A DNA stretch of 64,000 bases from the human T2T-CHM13v2.0 reference genome, Homo sapiens. The stretch is taken from the NCBI RefSeq assembly GCF_009914755.1, contig NC_060930.1, one strand, 5' to 3'. This document shows positions 24,984 to 39,256 of this stretch, in pieces (within the stretch, counting starts at the first letter, position 1; the number at the start of each line of letters is the position of its first letter). The translations under genes were made by a program, and so were the position numbers. The notes beneath the pieces were generated by a model. The model made no database searches. It was not told the DNA's origin and saw nothing but the letters and a program-made list of their open reading frames with translations.

Positions 24984-27900
24984 GTTCTCAGAAAGTGCTT
25001 AGTGTCGTGTGCGTTCAACTCACAGAGTTTAACGTTTCTTTTGATAGAGCGTTTCTGAAACACCCTTCTTGTAGTAGCTGCAAGTGGATATTTGGACCTA
25101 TTGGAGGCCTTCTTTGGAAATGGGATTTCTTCATGTAACTCTAGATTGAAGAATTCTCAGAAACTCCTTTGTGATGTGTGCATTCAATTCAAAGAGTGAA
25201 ACCTCTCTTTTCACAGAGCAGTTTTGAAACACTGTTTTTGTAGGATTTCCAAGGGGATATTTATAGCGCATTGAGCCTACGGCGGAAAAAGAAACATCTT
25301 CCTATAAAAACTAGACAGAATACTTCTCAGAATCTGCTTTGCGATGTGTGCGTTCAACTCACAGAGTAAAACTTTTCTTTTGATAGAGCAGTTTTGAAAC
25401 ACTCTTTTTGTAGTATTTGCATGTGTATATTTAGAGCGCATTGAAGCCCACAGTAGAAAAGGAAATAACTTCACCTAAAACCTAGACAGAAGCAATCACA
25501 GAAACTACTTTGTGATGTGTACATTCAACTCACAGAGTGGAACTTTCCTCTTTATAGAGCAGTGTTGAAACACTCTTTTTGTAGAAACTGCAAGTGGATA
25601 TTTGGACCTCTTTGAGGCCTTCGTTGGAAACGGGATTTCTTCCTATAACCCTAGACAGAAGAATTTTCAGAAACCTCATTGTGATGTGTGCGTTCATCTC
25701 ACAGAGTGGAGTCTTCCGTTTGATAGAGAAGTTTTGAAACCCTGTTCTTGTAGGATTTCCAAGTGGATATTTAGACCACTTTGAAGCCTATGATAGAAAA
25801 GGAAACATCTTCATGGAAAACATAGATAGAATCATCCTCAGAAACAACTTTGTGATGTGTGCGTTGAACTCACCGTCTTTAACCTTTCTTTTGGTAGAGA
25901 AGTTTTGAAACACTCTCTTTGTAAAGTCTACAAGTGGATATTTTGAGCCCTTGGAGGCATTCTTTGGAAAAGGGAATGTCTTCACATAAAAGGCAGACGG
26001 AAGTGTTCTCAGAAACTGCTTTGTGATGTCTGTGTTCAACTCACAGAGTTTAACATTTCCTTTGATAGAGCGGTTTAGTAACCCTCTCTTTGTAGAATTT
26101 GGAAGTGTATACTAAGAGCGCTTTGAGGCCTATGGTAGAAAAGGAAATATCTTTCCATAAAAGCTAGACAGAAGCAATCTCAGAAACTCCTCTGTGATGT
26201 CTGCATTCAACTCACCGAGTGGAACATTCCTCTTGATAGAGCAGTTTGGAAACACTCTTTCTGTAGAATCAGCTTGTTTGTATTTGGACCTCCTTGAGGC
26301 CTTCGTTGGAAACGGGTTTTCATCTTATAAACCCAGACAGAAGAATTCTCAGAGTCTTCTTTGTGATGTGTGCTTTCAACTCACCGAGATAAAGATTTCT
26401 CTTGATAGAGCAATTTGGAAACACTCTTTTTGTAGAATTTGCAAGGGTACATTGAGAGCGCTTTCAGGCCTATGGTAGAAAAGGGAATATCTTTCCATAA
26501 AAGGTAGACAGAAGCAATCTCAGAAACTACTTTGTGATGTGTGCATTCAACTCACCGAGTGCAACGTTCCTCTTGACCGAGCAGTTTGGAAACATTGTTT
26601 CTGTAGAATCTGCAAGTGGATATTTGGACCTCTTTGAGGCCTTCGTTGGAAACGGGATTTCTTCCTATAAACCCAGACAGAAGAATTCTCAGAGACTTCT
26701 TTGTGATGTGTGAATTCAACTCACAGTGTGGATCCTTCCTTTTGATAGAGCAGTTTTGAAACCCTGTTTTTGTAGTATTTCCAAGCGGATATTTGGAACG
26801 CCTTGAAGCGTATGGTAGAAAAGGAAATATCTTCCCATAAAACCTAGACAGAACCAATCTCAGAAACGACTTTGTGATGTCTGCATTCAAGTCACAGAGT
26901 TGAACATTTCTCTTGATAGAGCAGTTTTGAAACCCTCTTTCTGAAGGATCTGCAAGTGGATATTTGGAACTCCTTTGGGTCTTCGTTGGAAACGGGATTT
27001 CTTCGTATAAATCTAGACAGAAGAATTCTCCGAAACTTCTTTGGTTGTGTGCATTCAAGTCACAGAGTGGAACCTTCCTTTGGATAGAGCAGTTTGAAAC
27101 GCCGTGGTTGTAGTATTTCCAAGCGGATATTAGAGCGCCTTGAGGCCTATGGTAGAAAAGGAAATATCTTCCCATAAAACCTAGACGGAAGCAATCTCAG
27201 AAACTACTGTGTGATGGCTGCATTCCACACACACGGTGGAACATTTCTCTTGATAGAGCAGTTTTGAAACACTCTTTCTGTAGAATCTGCAAGTGGATAA
27301 TTGGACCGCCTTGAGGCCTTCGTTGGAAACGGGATTTCTTCATGTTACTCTAGATAGAAGAATTCTCAAACACTGCTATGTGATGTTTGCATTCAAGTCA
27401 CAGAGTGCAACATTCCTCTTGGTAGAGCAGTTGGGAAACACTCCTTTTGTAGAATCTGCAATGGGATATTTGGACTTCTTTGAGGCCTTCGTTGGAAACG
27501 GGATTTCTTCGTATGAATCTAGACAGAAGAATTCTCAGAAACTTCCTTGTGATGTGTGCATTCAACTCAGCGAGTGGCACCTTCCTTTGGATACAGCAGT
27601 TTTGAAACACTGTTTTTGTAGTATTTCCAAGCGGATATTTAGAGCGCCTTGAAGCCTATGCTAGAAATGGAAATATCTCCCCATAAAACCAAGACGGAAG
27701 CAATCTCAGAAACTAATGTGTGATGGCTGCATTCCACACACACGGTGGACCATTTCTCTTGATAGAGCAGTTTTGAAACACTCTTTCTGTAGAATCTGCA
27801 AGTGGATAATTGGACCTCCGAGAGGCCTTCGTTGGAAACGGGATTTCTTCATCTAAACCTACAGAGAAGAATTCTCAGTAACTTCTTCGGATGTGTGCAT

Positions 27901-28040
27901 TCGACGCACAGAATGGAACATTCCCTTTGATAGAGCAGTTTTGAGACACCGTTTTTGTAGAATTCCCAAGTGGATATTTAGAGCACTTTGAAGTCTCTGC
28001 TAGAAAAGGAAACATCTTCATGTAAAAAGTAGATAGAATC
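24984..28040 (+). repeat. HOR unit 10, 18-mer
   Basis: 3057-bp spacing; contains the 3-monomer block. Confidence 0.97.
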
Positions 28041-30591
28041 GTTCTCAGAAAGTGCTTAGTGACGTGTGCGTTCAACTCACAGAGTTTAACGTTTCTTTTG
28101 ATAGAGCGTTTCTGAAACACCCTTCTTGTAGTAGCTGCAAGTGGATATTTGGACCTATTGGAGGCCTTCTTTGGAAATGGGATTTCTTCATGTAACTCTA
28201 GATTGAAGAGTTCTCAGAAACTCCTTTGTGATGTGTGCATTCAATTCAAAGAGTGAAACCTCCCTTTTCACAGAGCAGTTTTGAAACACTGTTTTTGTAG
28301 GATTTCCAAGGGGATATTTATAGCGCATTGAGCCTACGGCGGAAAAAGAAACATCTTCCTATAAAAACTAGACAGAATACTTCTCAGAATCTGCTTTGCG
28401 ATGTGTGCGTTCAACTCACAGAGTAAAACTTTTCTTTTGATAGAGCAGTTTTGAAACACTCTTTTTGTAGTATTTGCATGTGTATATTTAGAGCGCATTG
28501 AAGCCCACAGTAGAAAAGGAAATAACTTCACCTAAAACCTAGACAGAAGCAATCTCAGAAACTACTTTGTGATGTGTACATTCAACTCACAGAGTGGAAC
28601 TTTCCTCTTTATAGAGCAGTGTTGAAACACTCTTTTTGTAGAAACTGCAAGTGGATATTTGGACCTCTTTGAGGCCTTCGTTGGAAACGGGATTTCTTCC
28701 TATAACCCTAGACAGAAGAATTTTCAGAAACCTCATTGTGATGTGTGCGTTCATCTCACAGAGTGGAGTCTTCCGTTTGATAGAGAAGTTTTGAAACCCT
28801 GTTCTTGTAGGATTTCCAAGTGGATATTTAGACCACTTTGAAGCCTATGATAGAAAAGGAAACATCTTCATGGAAAACATAGATAGAATCATCCTCAGAA
28901 ACAACTTTGTGATGTGTGCGTTGAACTCACCGTCTTTAACCTTTCTTTTGGTAGAGAAGTTTTGAAACACTCTCTTTGTAAAGTCTACAAGTGGATATTT
29001 TGAGCCCTTGGAGGCATTCTTTGGAAAAGGGAATGTCTTCACATAAAAGGCAGACGGAAGTGTTCTCAGAAACTGCTTTGTGATGTCTGTGTTCAACTCA
29101 CAGAGTTTAACATTTCCTTTGATAGAGCGGTTTAGTAACCCTCTCTTTGTAGAATTTGGAAGTGTATACTAAGAGCGCTTTGAGGCCTATGGTAGAAAAG
29201 GAAATATCTTTCCATAAAAGCTAGACAGAAGCAATCTCAGAAACTCCTTTGTGATGTCTGCATTCAACTCACCGAGTGGAACATTCCTCTTGAGAGAGCA
29301 GTTTGGAAACACTCTTTCTGTAGAATCAGCTTGTTTGTATTTGGACCTCCTTGAGGCCTTCGTTGGAAACGGGTTTTCATCTTATAAACCCAGACAGAAG
29401 AATTCTCAGAGTCTTCTTTGTGATGTGTGCTTTCAACTCACCGAGATAAAGATTTCTCTTGATAGAGCAATTTGGAAACACTCTTTTTGTAGAATTTGCA
29501 AGGGTACATTGAGAGCGCTTTCAGGCCTATGGTAGAAAAGGGAATATCTTTCCATAAAAGGTAGACAGAAGCAATCTCAGAAACTACTTTGTGATGTGTG
29601 CATTCAACTCACCGAGTGCAACGTTCCTCTTGACCGAGCAGTTTGGAAACATTGTTTCTGTAGAATCTGCAAGTGGATATTTGGACCTCTTTGAGGCCTT
29701 CGTTGGAAACGGGATTTCTTCCTATAAACCCAGACAGAAGAATTCTCAGAGACTTCTTTGTGATGTGTGAATTCAACTCACAGTGTGGATCCTTCCTTTT
29801 GATAGAGCAGTTTTGAAACCCTGTTTTTGTAGTATTTCCAAGCGGATATTTGGAACGCCTTGAAGCGTATGGTAGAAAAGGAAATATCTTCCCATAAAAC
29901 CTAGACAGAACCAATCTCAGAAACGACTTTGTGATGTCTGCATTCAAGTCACAGAGTTGAACATTTCTCTTGATAGAGCAGTTTTGAAACCCTCTTTCTG
30001 AAGGATCTGCAAGTGGATATTTGGAACTCCTTTGGGTCTTCGTTGGAAACGGGATTTCTTCGTATAAATCTAGACAGAAGAATTCTCAGAAACTTCCTTG
30101 TGATGTGTGCATTCAACTCAGCGAGTGGCACCTTCCTTTGGATACAGCAGTTTTGAAACACTGTTTTTGTAGTATTTCCAAGCGGATATTTAGAGCGCCT
30201 TGAAGCCTATGCTAGAAATGGAAATATCTCCCCATAAAACCAAGACAGAAGCAATCTCAGAAACTAATGTGTGATGGCTGCATTCCACACACACGGTGGA
30301 CCATTTCTCTTGATAGAGCAGTTTTGAAACACTCTTTCTGTAGAATCTGCAAGTGGATAATTGGACCTCCTAGAGGCCTTCGTTGGAAACGGGATTTCTT
30401 CATCTAAACCTACAGAGAAGTATTCTCAGTAACTTCTTCGGATGTGTGCATTCGACGCACAGAATGGAACATTCCCTTTGATAGAGCAGTTTTGAGACAC
30501 CGTTTTTGTAGAATTCCCAAGTGGATATTTAGAGCACTTTGAAGTCTCTGCTAGAAAAGGAAACATCTTCATGTAAAAAGTAGATAGAATC
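28041..30591 (+). repeat. HOR unit 11, 15-mer
   Basis: 2551-bp spacing; same hybrid junction as unit 2. Confidence 0.97.
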
Positions 30592-33500
30592 GTTCTCAGA
30601 AAGTGCTTAGTGTCGTGTGCGTTCAACTCACAGAGTTTAACGTTTCTTTTGATAGAGCGTTTCTGAAACACCCTTCTTGTAGTAGCTGCAAGTGGATATT
30701 TGGACCTATTGGAGGCCTTCTTTGGAAATGGGATTTCTTCATGTAACTCTAGATTGAAGAATTCTCAGAAACTCCTTTGTGATGTGTGCATTCAATTCAA
30801 AGAGTGAAACCTCCCTTTTCACAGAGCAGTTTTGAAACACTGTTTTTGTAGGATTTCCAAGGGGATATTTATAGCGCATTGAGCCTACGGCGGAAAAAGA
30901 AACATCTTCCTATAAAAACTAGACAGAATACTTCTCAGAATCTGCTTTGCGATGTGTGCGTTCAACTCACAGAGTAAAACTTTTCTTTTGATAGAGCAGT
31001 TTTGAAACACTCTTTTTGTAGTATTTGCATGTGTATATTTAGAGCGCATTGAAGCCCACAGTAGAAAAGGAAATAACTTCACCTAAAACCTAGACAGAAG
31101 CAATCACAGAAACTACTTTGTGATGTGTACATTCAACTCACAGAGTGGAACTTTCCTCTTTATAGAGCAGTGTTGAAACACTCTTTTTGTAGAAACTGCA
31201 AGTGGATATTTGGACCTCTTTGAGGCCTTCGTTGGAAACGGGATTTCTTCCTATAACCCTAGACAGAAGAATTTTCAGAAACCTCATTGTGATGTGTGCG
31301 TTCATCTCACAGAGTGGAGTCTTCCGTTTGATAGAGAAGTTTTGAAACCCTGTTCTTGTAGGATTTCCAAGTGGATATTTAGACCACTTTGAAGCCTATG
31401 ATAGAAAAGGAAACATCTTCATGGAAAACATAGATAGAATCATCCTCAGAAACAACTTTGTGATGTGTGCGTTGAACTCACCGTCTTTAACCTTTCTTTT
31501 GGTAGAGAAGTTTTGAAACACTCTCTTTGTAAAGTCTACAAGTGGATATTTTGAGCCCTTGGAGGCATTCTTTGGAAAAGGGAATGTCTTCACATAAAAG
31601 GCAGACGGAAGTGTTCTCAGAAACTGCTTTGTGATGTCTGTGTTCAACTCACAGAGTTTAACATTTCCTTTGATAGAGCGGTTTAGTAACCCTCTCTTTG
31701 TAGAATTTGGAAGTGTATACTAAGAGCGCTTTGAGGCCTATGGTAGAAAAGGAAATATCTTTCCATAAAAGCTAGACAGAAGCAATCTCAGAAACTCCTC
31801 TGTGATGTCTGCATTCAACTCACCGAGTGGAACATTCCTCTTGATAGAGCAGTTTGGAAACACTCTTTCTGTAGAATCAGCTTGTTTGTATTTGGACCTC
31901 CTTGAGGCCTTCGTTGGAAACGGGTTTTCATCTTATAAACCCAGACAGAAGAATTCTCAGAGTCTTCTTTGTGATGTGTGCTTTCAACTCACCGAGATAA
32001 AGATTTCTCTTGATAGAGCAATTTGGAAACACTCTTTTTGTAGAATTTGCAAGGGTACATTGAGAGCGCTTTCAGGCCTATGGTAGAAAAGGGAATATCT
32101 TTCCATAAAAGGTAGACAGAAGCAATCTCAGAAACTACTTTGTGATGTGTGCATTCAACTCACCGAGTGCAACGTTCCTCTTGACCGAGCAGTTTGGAAA
32201 CATTGTTTCTGTAGAATCTGCAAGTGGATATTTGGACCTCTTTGAGGCCTTCGTTGGAAACGGGATTTCTTCCTATAAACCCAGACAGAAGAATTCTCAG
32301 AGACTTCTTTGTGATGTGTGAATTCAACTCACAGTGTGGATCCTTCCTTTTGATAGAGCAGTTTTGAAACCCTGTTTTTGTAGTATTTCCAAGCGGATAT
32401 TTGGAACGCCTTGAAGCGTATGGTAGAAAAGGAAATATCTTCCCATAAAACCTAGACAGAACCAATCTCAGAAACGACTTTGTGATGTCTGCATTCAAGT
32501 CACAGAGTTGAACATTTCTCTTGATAGAGCAGTTTTGAAACCCTCTTTCTGAAGGATCTGCAAGTGGATATTTGGAACTCCTTTGGGTCTTCGTTGGAAA
32601 CGGGATTTCTTCGTATAAATCTAGACAGAAGAATTCTCCGAAACTTCTTTGGTTGTGTGCATTCAAGTCACAGAGTGGAACCTTCCTTTGGATAGAGCAG
32701 TTTGAAACGCCGTGGTTGTAGTATTTCCAAGCGGATATTAGAGCGCCTTGAGGCCTATGGTAGAAAAGGAAATATCTTCCCATAAAACCTAGACGGAAGC
32801 AATCTCAGAAACTACTGTGTGATGGCTGCATTCCACACACACGGTGGAACATTTCTCTTGATAGAGCAGTTTTGAAACACTCTTTCTGTAGAATCTGCAA
32901 GTGGATAATTGGACCGCCTTGAGGCCTTCGTTGGAAACGGGATTTCTTCATGTTACTCTAGATAGAAGAATTCTCAAACACTGCTATGTGATGTTTGCAT
33001 TCAAGTCACAGAGTGCAACATTCCTCTTGGTAGAGCAGTTGGGAAACACTCCTTTTGTAGAATCTGCAATGGGATATTTGGACTTCTTTGAGGCCTTCGT
33101 TGGAAACGGGATTTCTTCGTATGAATCTAGACAGAAGAATTCTCAGAAACTTCCTTGTGATGTGTGCATTCAACTCAGCGAGTGGCACCTTCCTTTGGAT
33201 ACAGCAGTTTTGAAACACTGTTTTTGTAGTATTTCCAAGCGGATATTTAGAGCGCCTTGAAGCCTATGCTAGAAATGGAAATATCTCCCCATAAAACCAA
33301 GACGGAAGCAATCTCAGAAACTAATGTGTGATGGCTGCATTCCACACACACGGTGGACCATTTCTCTTGATAGAGCAGTTTTGAAACACTCTTTCTGTAG
33401 AATCTGCAAGTGGATAATTGGACCTCCTAGAGGCCTTCGTTGGAAACGGGATTTCTTCATCTAAACCTACAGAGAAGAATTCTCAGTAACTTCTTCGGAT

Positions 33501-36500
33501 GTGTGCATTCGACGCACAGAATGGAACATTCCCTTTGATAGAGCAGTTTTGAGACACCGTTTTTGTAGAATTCCCAAGTGGATATTTAGAGCACTTTGAA
33601 GTCTCTGCTAGAAAAGGAAACATCTTCATGTAAAAAGTAGATAGAATCGTTCTCAGAAAGTGCTTAGTGACGTGTGCGTTCAACTCACAGAGTTTAACGT
33701 TTCTTTTGATAGAGCGTTTCTGAAACACCCTTCTTGTAGTAGCTGCAAGTGGATATTTGGACCTATTGGAGGCCTTCTTTGGAAATGGGATTTCTTCATG
33801 TAACTCTAGATTGAAGAGTTCTCAGAAACTCCTTTGTGATGTGTGCATTCAATTCAAAGAGTGAAACCTCCCTTTTCACAGAGCAGTTTTGAAACACTGT
33901 TTTTGTAGGATTTCCAAGGGGATATTTATAGCGCATTGAGCCTACGGCGGAAAAAGAAACATCTTCCTATAAAAACTAGACAGAATACTTCTCAGAATCT
34001 GCTTTGCGATGTGTGCGTTCAACTCACAGAGTAAAACTTTTCTTTTGATAGAGCAGTTTTGAAACACTCTTTTTGTAGTATTTGCATGTGTATATTTAGA
34101 GCGCATTGAAGCCCACAGTAGAAAAGGAAATAACTTCACCTAAAACCTAGACAGAAGCAATCTCAGAAACTACTTTGTGATGTGTACATTCAACTCACAG
34201 AGTGGAACTTTCCTCTTTATAGAGCAGTGTTGAAACACTCTTTTTGTAGAAACTGCAAGTGGATATTTGGACCTCTTTGAGGCCTTCGTTGGAAACGGGA
34301 TTTCTTCCTATAACCCTAGACAGAAGAATTTTCAGAAACCTCATTGTGATGTGTGCGTTCATCTCACAGAGTGGAGTCTTCCGTTTGATAGAGAAGTTTT
34401 GAAACCCTGTTCTTGTAGGATTTCCAAGTGGATATTTAGACCACTTTGAAGCCTATGATAGAAAAGGAAACATCTTCATGGAAAACATAGATAGAATCAT
34501 CCTCAGAAACAACTTTGTGATGTGTGCGTTGAACTCACCGTCTTTAACCTTTCTTTTGGTAGAGAAGTTTTGAAACACTCTCTTTGTAAAGTCTACAAGT
34601 GGATATTTTGAGCCCTTGGAGGCATTCTTTGGAAAAGGGAATGTCTTCACATAAAAGGCAGACGGAAGTGTTCTCAGAAACTGCTTTGTGATGTCTGTGT
34701 TCAACTCACAGAGTTTAACATTTCCTTTGATAGAGCGGTTTAGTAACCCTCTCTTTGTAGAATTTGGAAGTGTATACTAAGAGCGCTTTGAGGCCTATGG
34801 TAGAAAAGGAAATATCTTTCCATAAAAGCTAGACAGAAGCAATCTCAGAAACTCCTCTGTGATGTCTGCATTCAACTCACCGAGTGGAACATTCCTCTTG
34901 ATAGAGCAGTTTGGAAACACTCTTTCTGTAGAATCAGCTTGTTTGTATTTGGACCTCCTTGAGGCCTTCGTTGGAAACGGGTTTTCATCTTATAAACCCA
35001 GACAGAAGAATTCTCAGAGTCTTCTTTGTGATGTGTGCTTTCAACTCACCGAGATAAAGATTTCTCTTGATAGAGCAATTTGGAAACACTCTTTTTGTAG
35101 AATTTGCAAGGGTACATTGAGAGCGCTTTCAGGCCTATGGTAGAAAAGGGAATATCTTTCCATAAAAGGTAGACAGAAGCAATCTCAGAAACTACTTTGT
35201 GATGTGTGCATTCAACTCACCGAGTGCAACGTTCCTCTTGACCGAGCAGTTTGGAAACATTGTTTCTGTAGAATCTGCAAGTGGATATTTGGACCTCTTT
35301 GAGGCCTTCGTTGGAAACGGGATTTCTTCCTATAAACCCAGACAGAAGAATTCTCAGAGACTTCTTTGTGATGTGTGAATTCAACTCACAGTGTGGATCC
35401 TTCCTTTTGATAGAGCAGTTTTGAAACCCTGTTTTTGTAGTATTTCCAAGCGGATATTTGGAACGCCTTGAAGCGTATGGTAGAAAAGGAAATATCTTCC
35501 CATAAAACCTAGACAGAACCAATCTCAGAAACGACTTTGTGATGTCTGCATTCAAGTCACAGAGTTGAACATTTCTCTTGATAGAGCAGTTTTGAAACCC
35601 TCTTTCTGAAGGATCTGCAAGTGGATATTTGGAACTCCTTTGGGTCTTCGTTGGAAACGGGATTTCTTCGTATAAATCTAGACAGAAGAATTCTCCGAAA
35701 CTTCTTTGGTTGTGTGCATTCAAGTCACAGAGTGGAACCTTCCTTTGGATAGAGCAGTTTGAAACGCCGTGGTTGTAGTATTTCCAAGCGGATATTAGAG
35801 CGCCTTGAGGCCTATGGTAGAAAAGGAAATATCTTCCCATAAAACCTAGACGGAAGCAATCTCAGAAACTACTGTGTGATGGCTGCATTCCACACACACG
35901 GTGGAACATTTCTCTTGATAGAGCAGTTTTGAAACACTCTTTCTGTAGAATCTGCAAGTGGATAATTGGACCGCCTTGAGGCCTTCGTTGGAAACGGGAT
36001 TTCTTCATGTTACTCTAGATAGAAGAATTCTCAAACACTGCTATGTGATGTTTGCATTCAAGTCACAGAGTGCAACATTCCTCTTGGTAGAGCAGTTGGG
36101 AAACACTCCTTTTGTAGAATCTGCAATGGGATATTTGGACTTCTTTGAGGCCTTCGTTGGAAACGGGATTTCTTCGTATGAATCTAGACAGAAGAATTCT
36201 CAGAAACTTCCTTGTGATGTGTGCATTCAACTCAGCGAGTGGCACCTTCCTTTGGATACAGCAGTTTTGAAACACTGTTTTTGTAGTATTTCCAAGCGGA
36301 TATTTAGAGCGCCTTGAAGCCTATGCTAGAAATGGAAATATCTCCCCATAAAACCAAGACGGAAGCAATCTCAGAAACTAATGTGTGATGGCTGCATTCC
36401 ACACACACGGTGGACCATTTCTCTTGATAGAGCAGTTTTGAAACACTCTTTCTGTAGAATCTGCAAGTGGATAATTGGACCTCCGAGAGGCCTTCGTTGG

Positions 36501-36705
36501 AAACGGGATTTCTTCATCTAAACCTACAGAGAAGAATTCTCAGTAACTTCTTCGGATGTGTGCATTCGACGCACAGAATGGAACATTCCCTTTGATAGAG
36601 CAGTTTTGAGACACCGTTTTTGTAGAATTCCCAAGTGGATATTTAGAGCACTTTGAAGTCTCTGCTAGAAAAGGAAACATCTTCATGTAAAAAGTAGATA
36701 GAATC
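30592..36705 (+). repeat. HOR units 12-13, two 18-mers (starts 30592, 33649)
   Basis: 3057-bp spacing. Confidence 0.97.
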
Positions 36706-39256
36706 GTTCTCAGAAAGTGCTTAGTGACGTGTGCGTTCAACTCACAGAGTTTAACGTTTCTTTTGATAGAGCGTTTCTGAAACACCCTTCTTGTAGTAGC
36801 TGCAAGTGGATATTTGGACCTATTGGAGGCCTTCTTTGGAAATGGGATTTCTTCATGTAACTCTAGATTGAAGAGTTCTCAGAAACTCCTTTGTGATGTG
36901 TGCATTCAATTCAAAGAGTGAAACCTCCCTTTTCACAGAGCAGTTTTGAAACACTGTTTTTGTAGGATTTCCAAGGGGATATTTATAGCGCATTGAGCCT
37001 ACGGCGGAAAAAGAAACATCTTCCTATAAAAACTAGACAGAATACTTCTCAGAATCTGCTTTGCGATGTGTGCGTTCAACTCACAGAGTAAAACTTTTCT
37101 TTTGATAGAGCAGTTTTGAAACACTCTTTTTGTAGTATTTGCATGTGTATATTTAGAGCGCATTGAAGCCCACAGTAGAAAAGGAAATAACTTCACCTAA
37201 AACCTAGACAGAAGCAATCTCAGAAACTACTTTGTGATGTGTACATTCAACTCACAGAGTGGAACTTTCCTCTTTATAGAGCAGTGTTGAAACACTCTTT
37301 TTGTAGAAACTGCAAGTGGATATTTGGACCTCTTTGAGGCCTTCGTTGGAAACGGGATTTCTTCCTATAACCCTAGACAGAAGAATTTTCAGAAACCTCA
37401 TTGTGATGTGTGCGTTCATCTCACAGAGTGGAGTCTTCCGTTTGATAGAGAAGTTTTGAAACCCTGTTCTTGTAGGATTTCCAAGTGGATATTTAGACCA
37501 CTTTGAAGCCTATGATAGAAAAGGAAACATCTTCATGGAAAACATAGATAGAATCATTCTCAGAAACAACTTTGTGATGTGTGCGTTGAACTCACCGTCT
37601 TTAACCTTTCTTTTGGTAGAGAAGTTTTGAAACACTCTCTTTGTAAAGTCTACAAGTGGATATTTTGAGCCCTTGGAGGCATTCTTTGGAAAAGGGAATG
37701 TCTTCACATAAAAGGCAGACGGAAGTGTTCTCAGAAACTGCTTTGTGATGTCTGTGTTCAACTCACAGAGTTTAACATTTCCTTTGATAGAGCGGTTTAG
37801 TAACCCTCTCTTTGTAGAATTTGGAAGTGTATACTAAGAGCGCTTTGAGGCCTATGGTAGAAAAGGAAATATCTTTCCATAAAAGCTAGACAGAAGCAAT
37901 CTCAGAAACTCCTTTGTGATGTCTGCATTCAACTCACCGAGTGGAACATTCCTCTTGAGAGAGCAGTTTGGAAACACTCTTTCTGTAGAATCAGCTTGTT
38001 TGTATTTGGACCTCCTTGAGGCCTTCGTTGGAAACGGGTTTTCATCTTATAAACCCAGACAGAAGAATTCTCAGAGTCTTCTTTGTGATGTGTGCTTTCA
38101 ACTCACCGAGATAAAGATTTCTCTTGATAGAGCAATTTGGAAACACTCTTTTTGTAGAATTTGCAAGGGTACATTGAGAGCGCTTTCAGGCCTATGGTAG
38201 AAAAGGGAATATCTTTCCATAAAAGGTAGACAGAAGCAATCTCAGAAACTACTTTGTGATGTGTGCATTCAACTCACCGAGTGCAACGTTCCTCTTGACC
38301 GAGCAGTTTGGAAACATTGTTTCTGTAGAATCTGCAAGTGGATATTTGGACCTCTTTGAGGCCTTCGTTGGAAACGGGATTTCTTCCTATAAACCCAGAC
38401 AGAAGAATTCTCAGAGACTTCTTTGTGATGTGTGAATTCAACTCACAGTGTGGATCCTTCCTTTTGATAGAGCAGTTTTGAAACCCTGTTTTTGTAGTAT
38501 TTCCAAGCGGATATTTGGAACGCCTTGAAGCGTATGGTAGAAAAGGAAATATCTTCCCATAAAACCTAGACAGAACCAATCTCAGAAACGACTTTGTGAT
38601 GTCTGCATTCAAGTCACAGAGTTGAACATTTCTCTTGATAGAGCAGTTTTGAAACCCTCTTTCTGAAGGATCTGCAAGTGGATATTTGGAACTCCTTTGG
38701 GTCTTCGTTGGAAACGGGATTTCTTCGTATAAATCTAGACAGAAGAATTCTCAGAAACTTCCTTGTGATGTGTGCATTCAACTCAGCGAGTGGCACCTTC
38801 CTTTGGATACAGCAGTTTTGAAACACTGTTTTTGTAGTATTTCCAAGCGGATATTTAGAGCGCCTTGAAGCCTATGCTAGAAATGGAAATATCTCCCCAT
38901 AAAACCAAGACAGAAGCAATCTCAGAAACTAATGTGTGATGGCTGCATTCCACACACACGGTGGACCATTTCTCTTGATAGAGCAGTTTTGAAACACTCT
39001 TTCTGTAGAATCTGCAAGTGGATAATTGGACCTCCTAGAGGCCTTCGTTGGAAACGGGATTTCTTCATCTAAACCTACAGAGAAGTATTCTCAGTAACTT
39101 CTTCGGATGTGTGCATTCGACGCACAGAATGGAACATTCCCTTTGATAGAGCAGTTTTGAGACACCGTTTTTGTAGAATTCCCAAGTGGATATTTAGAGC
39201 ACTTTGAAGTCTCTGCTAGAAAAGGAAACATCTTCATGTAAAAAGTAGATAGAATC
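36706..39256 (+). repeat. HOR unit 14, 15-mer
   Basis: 2551-bp spacing. Confidence 0.97.
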
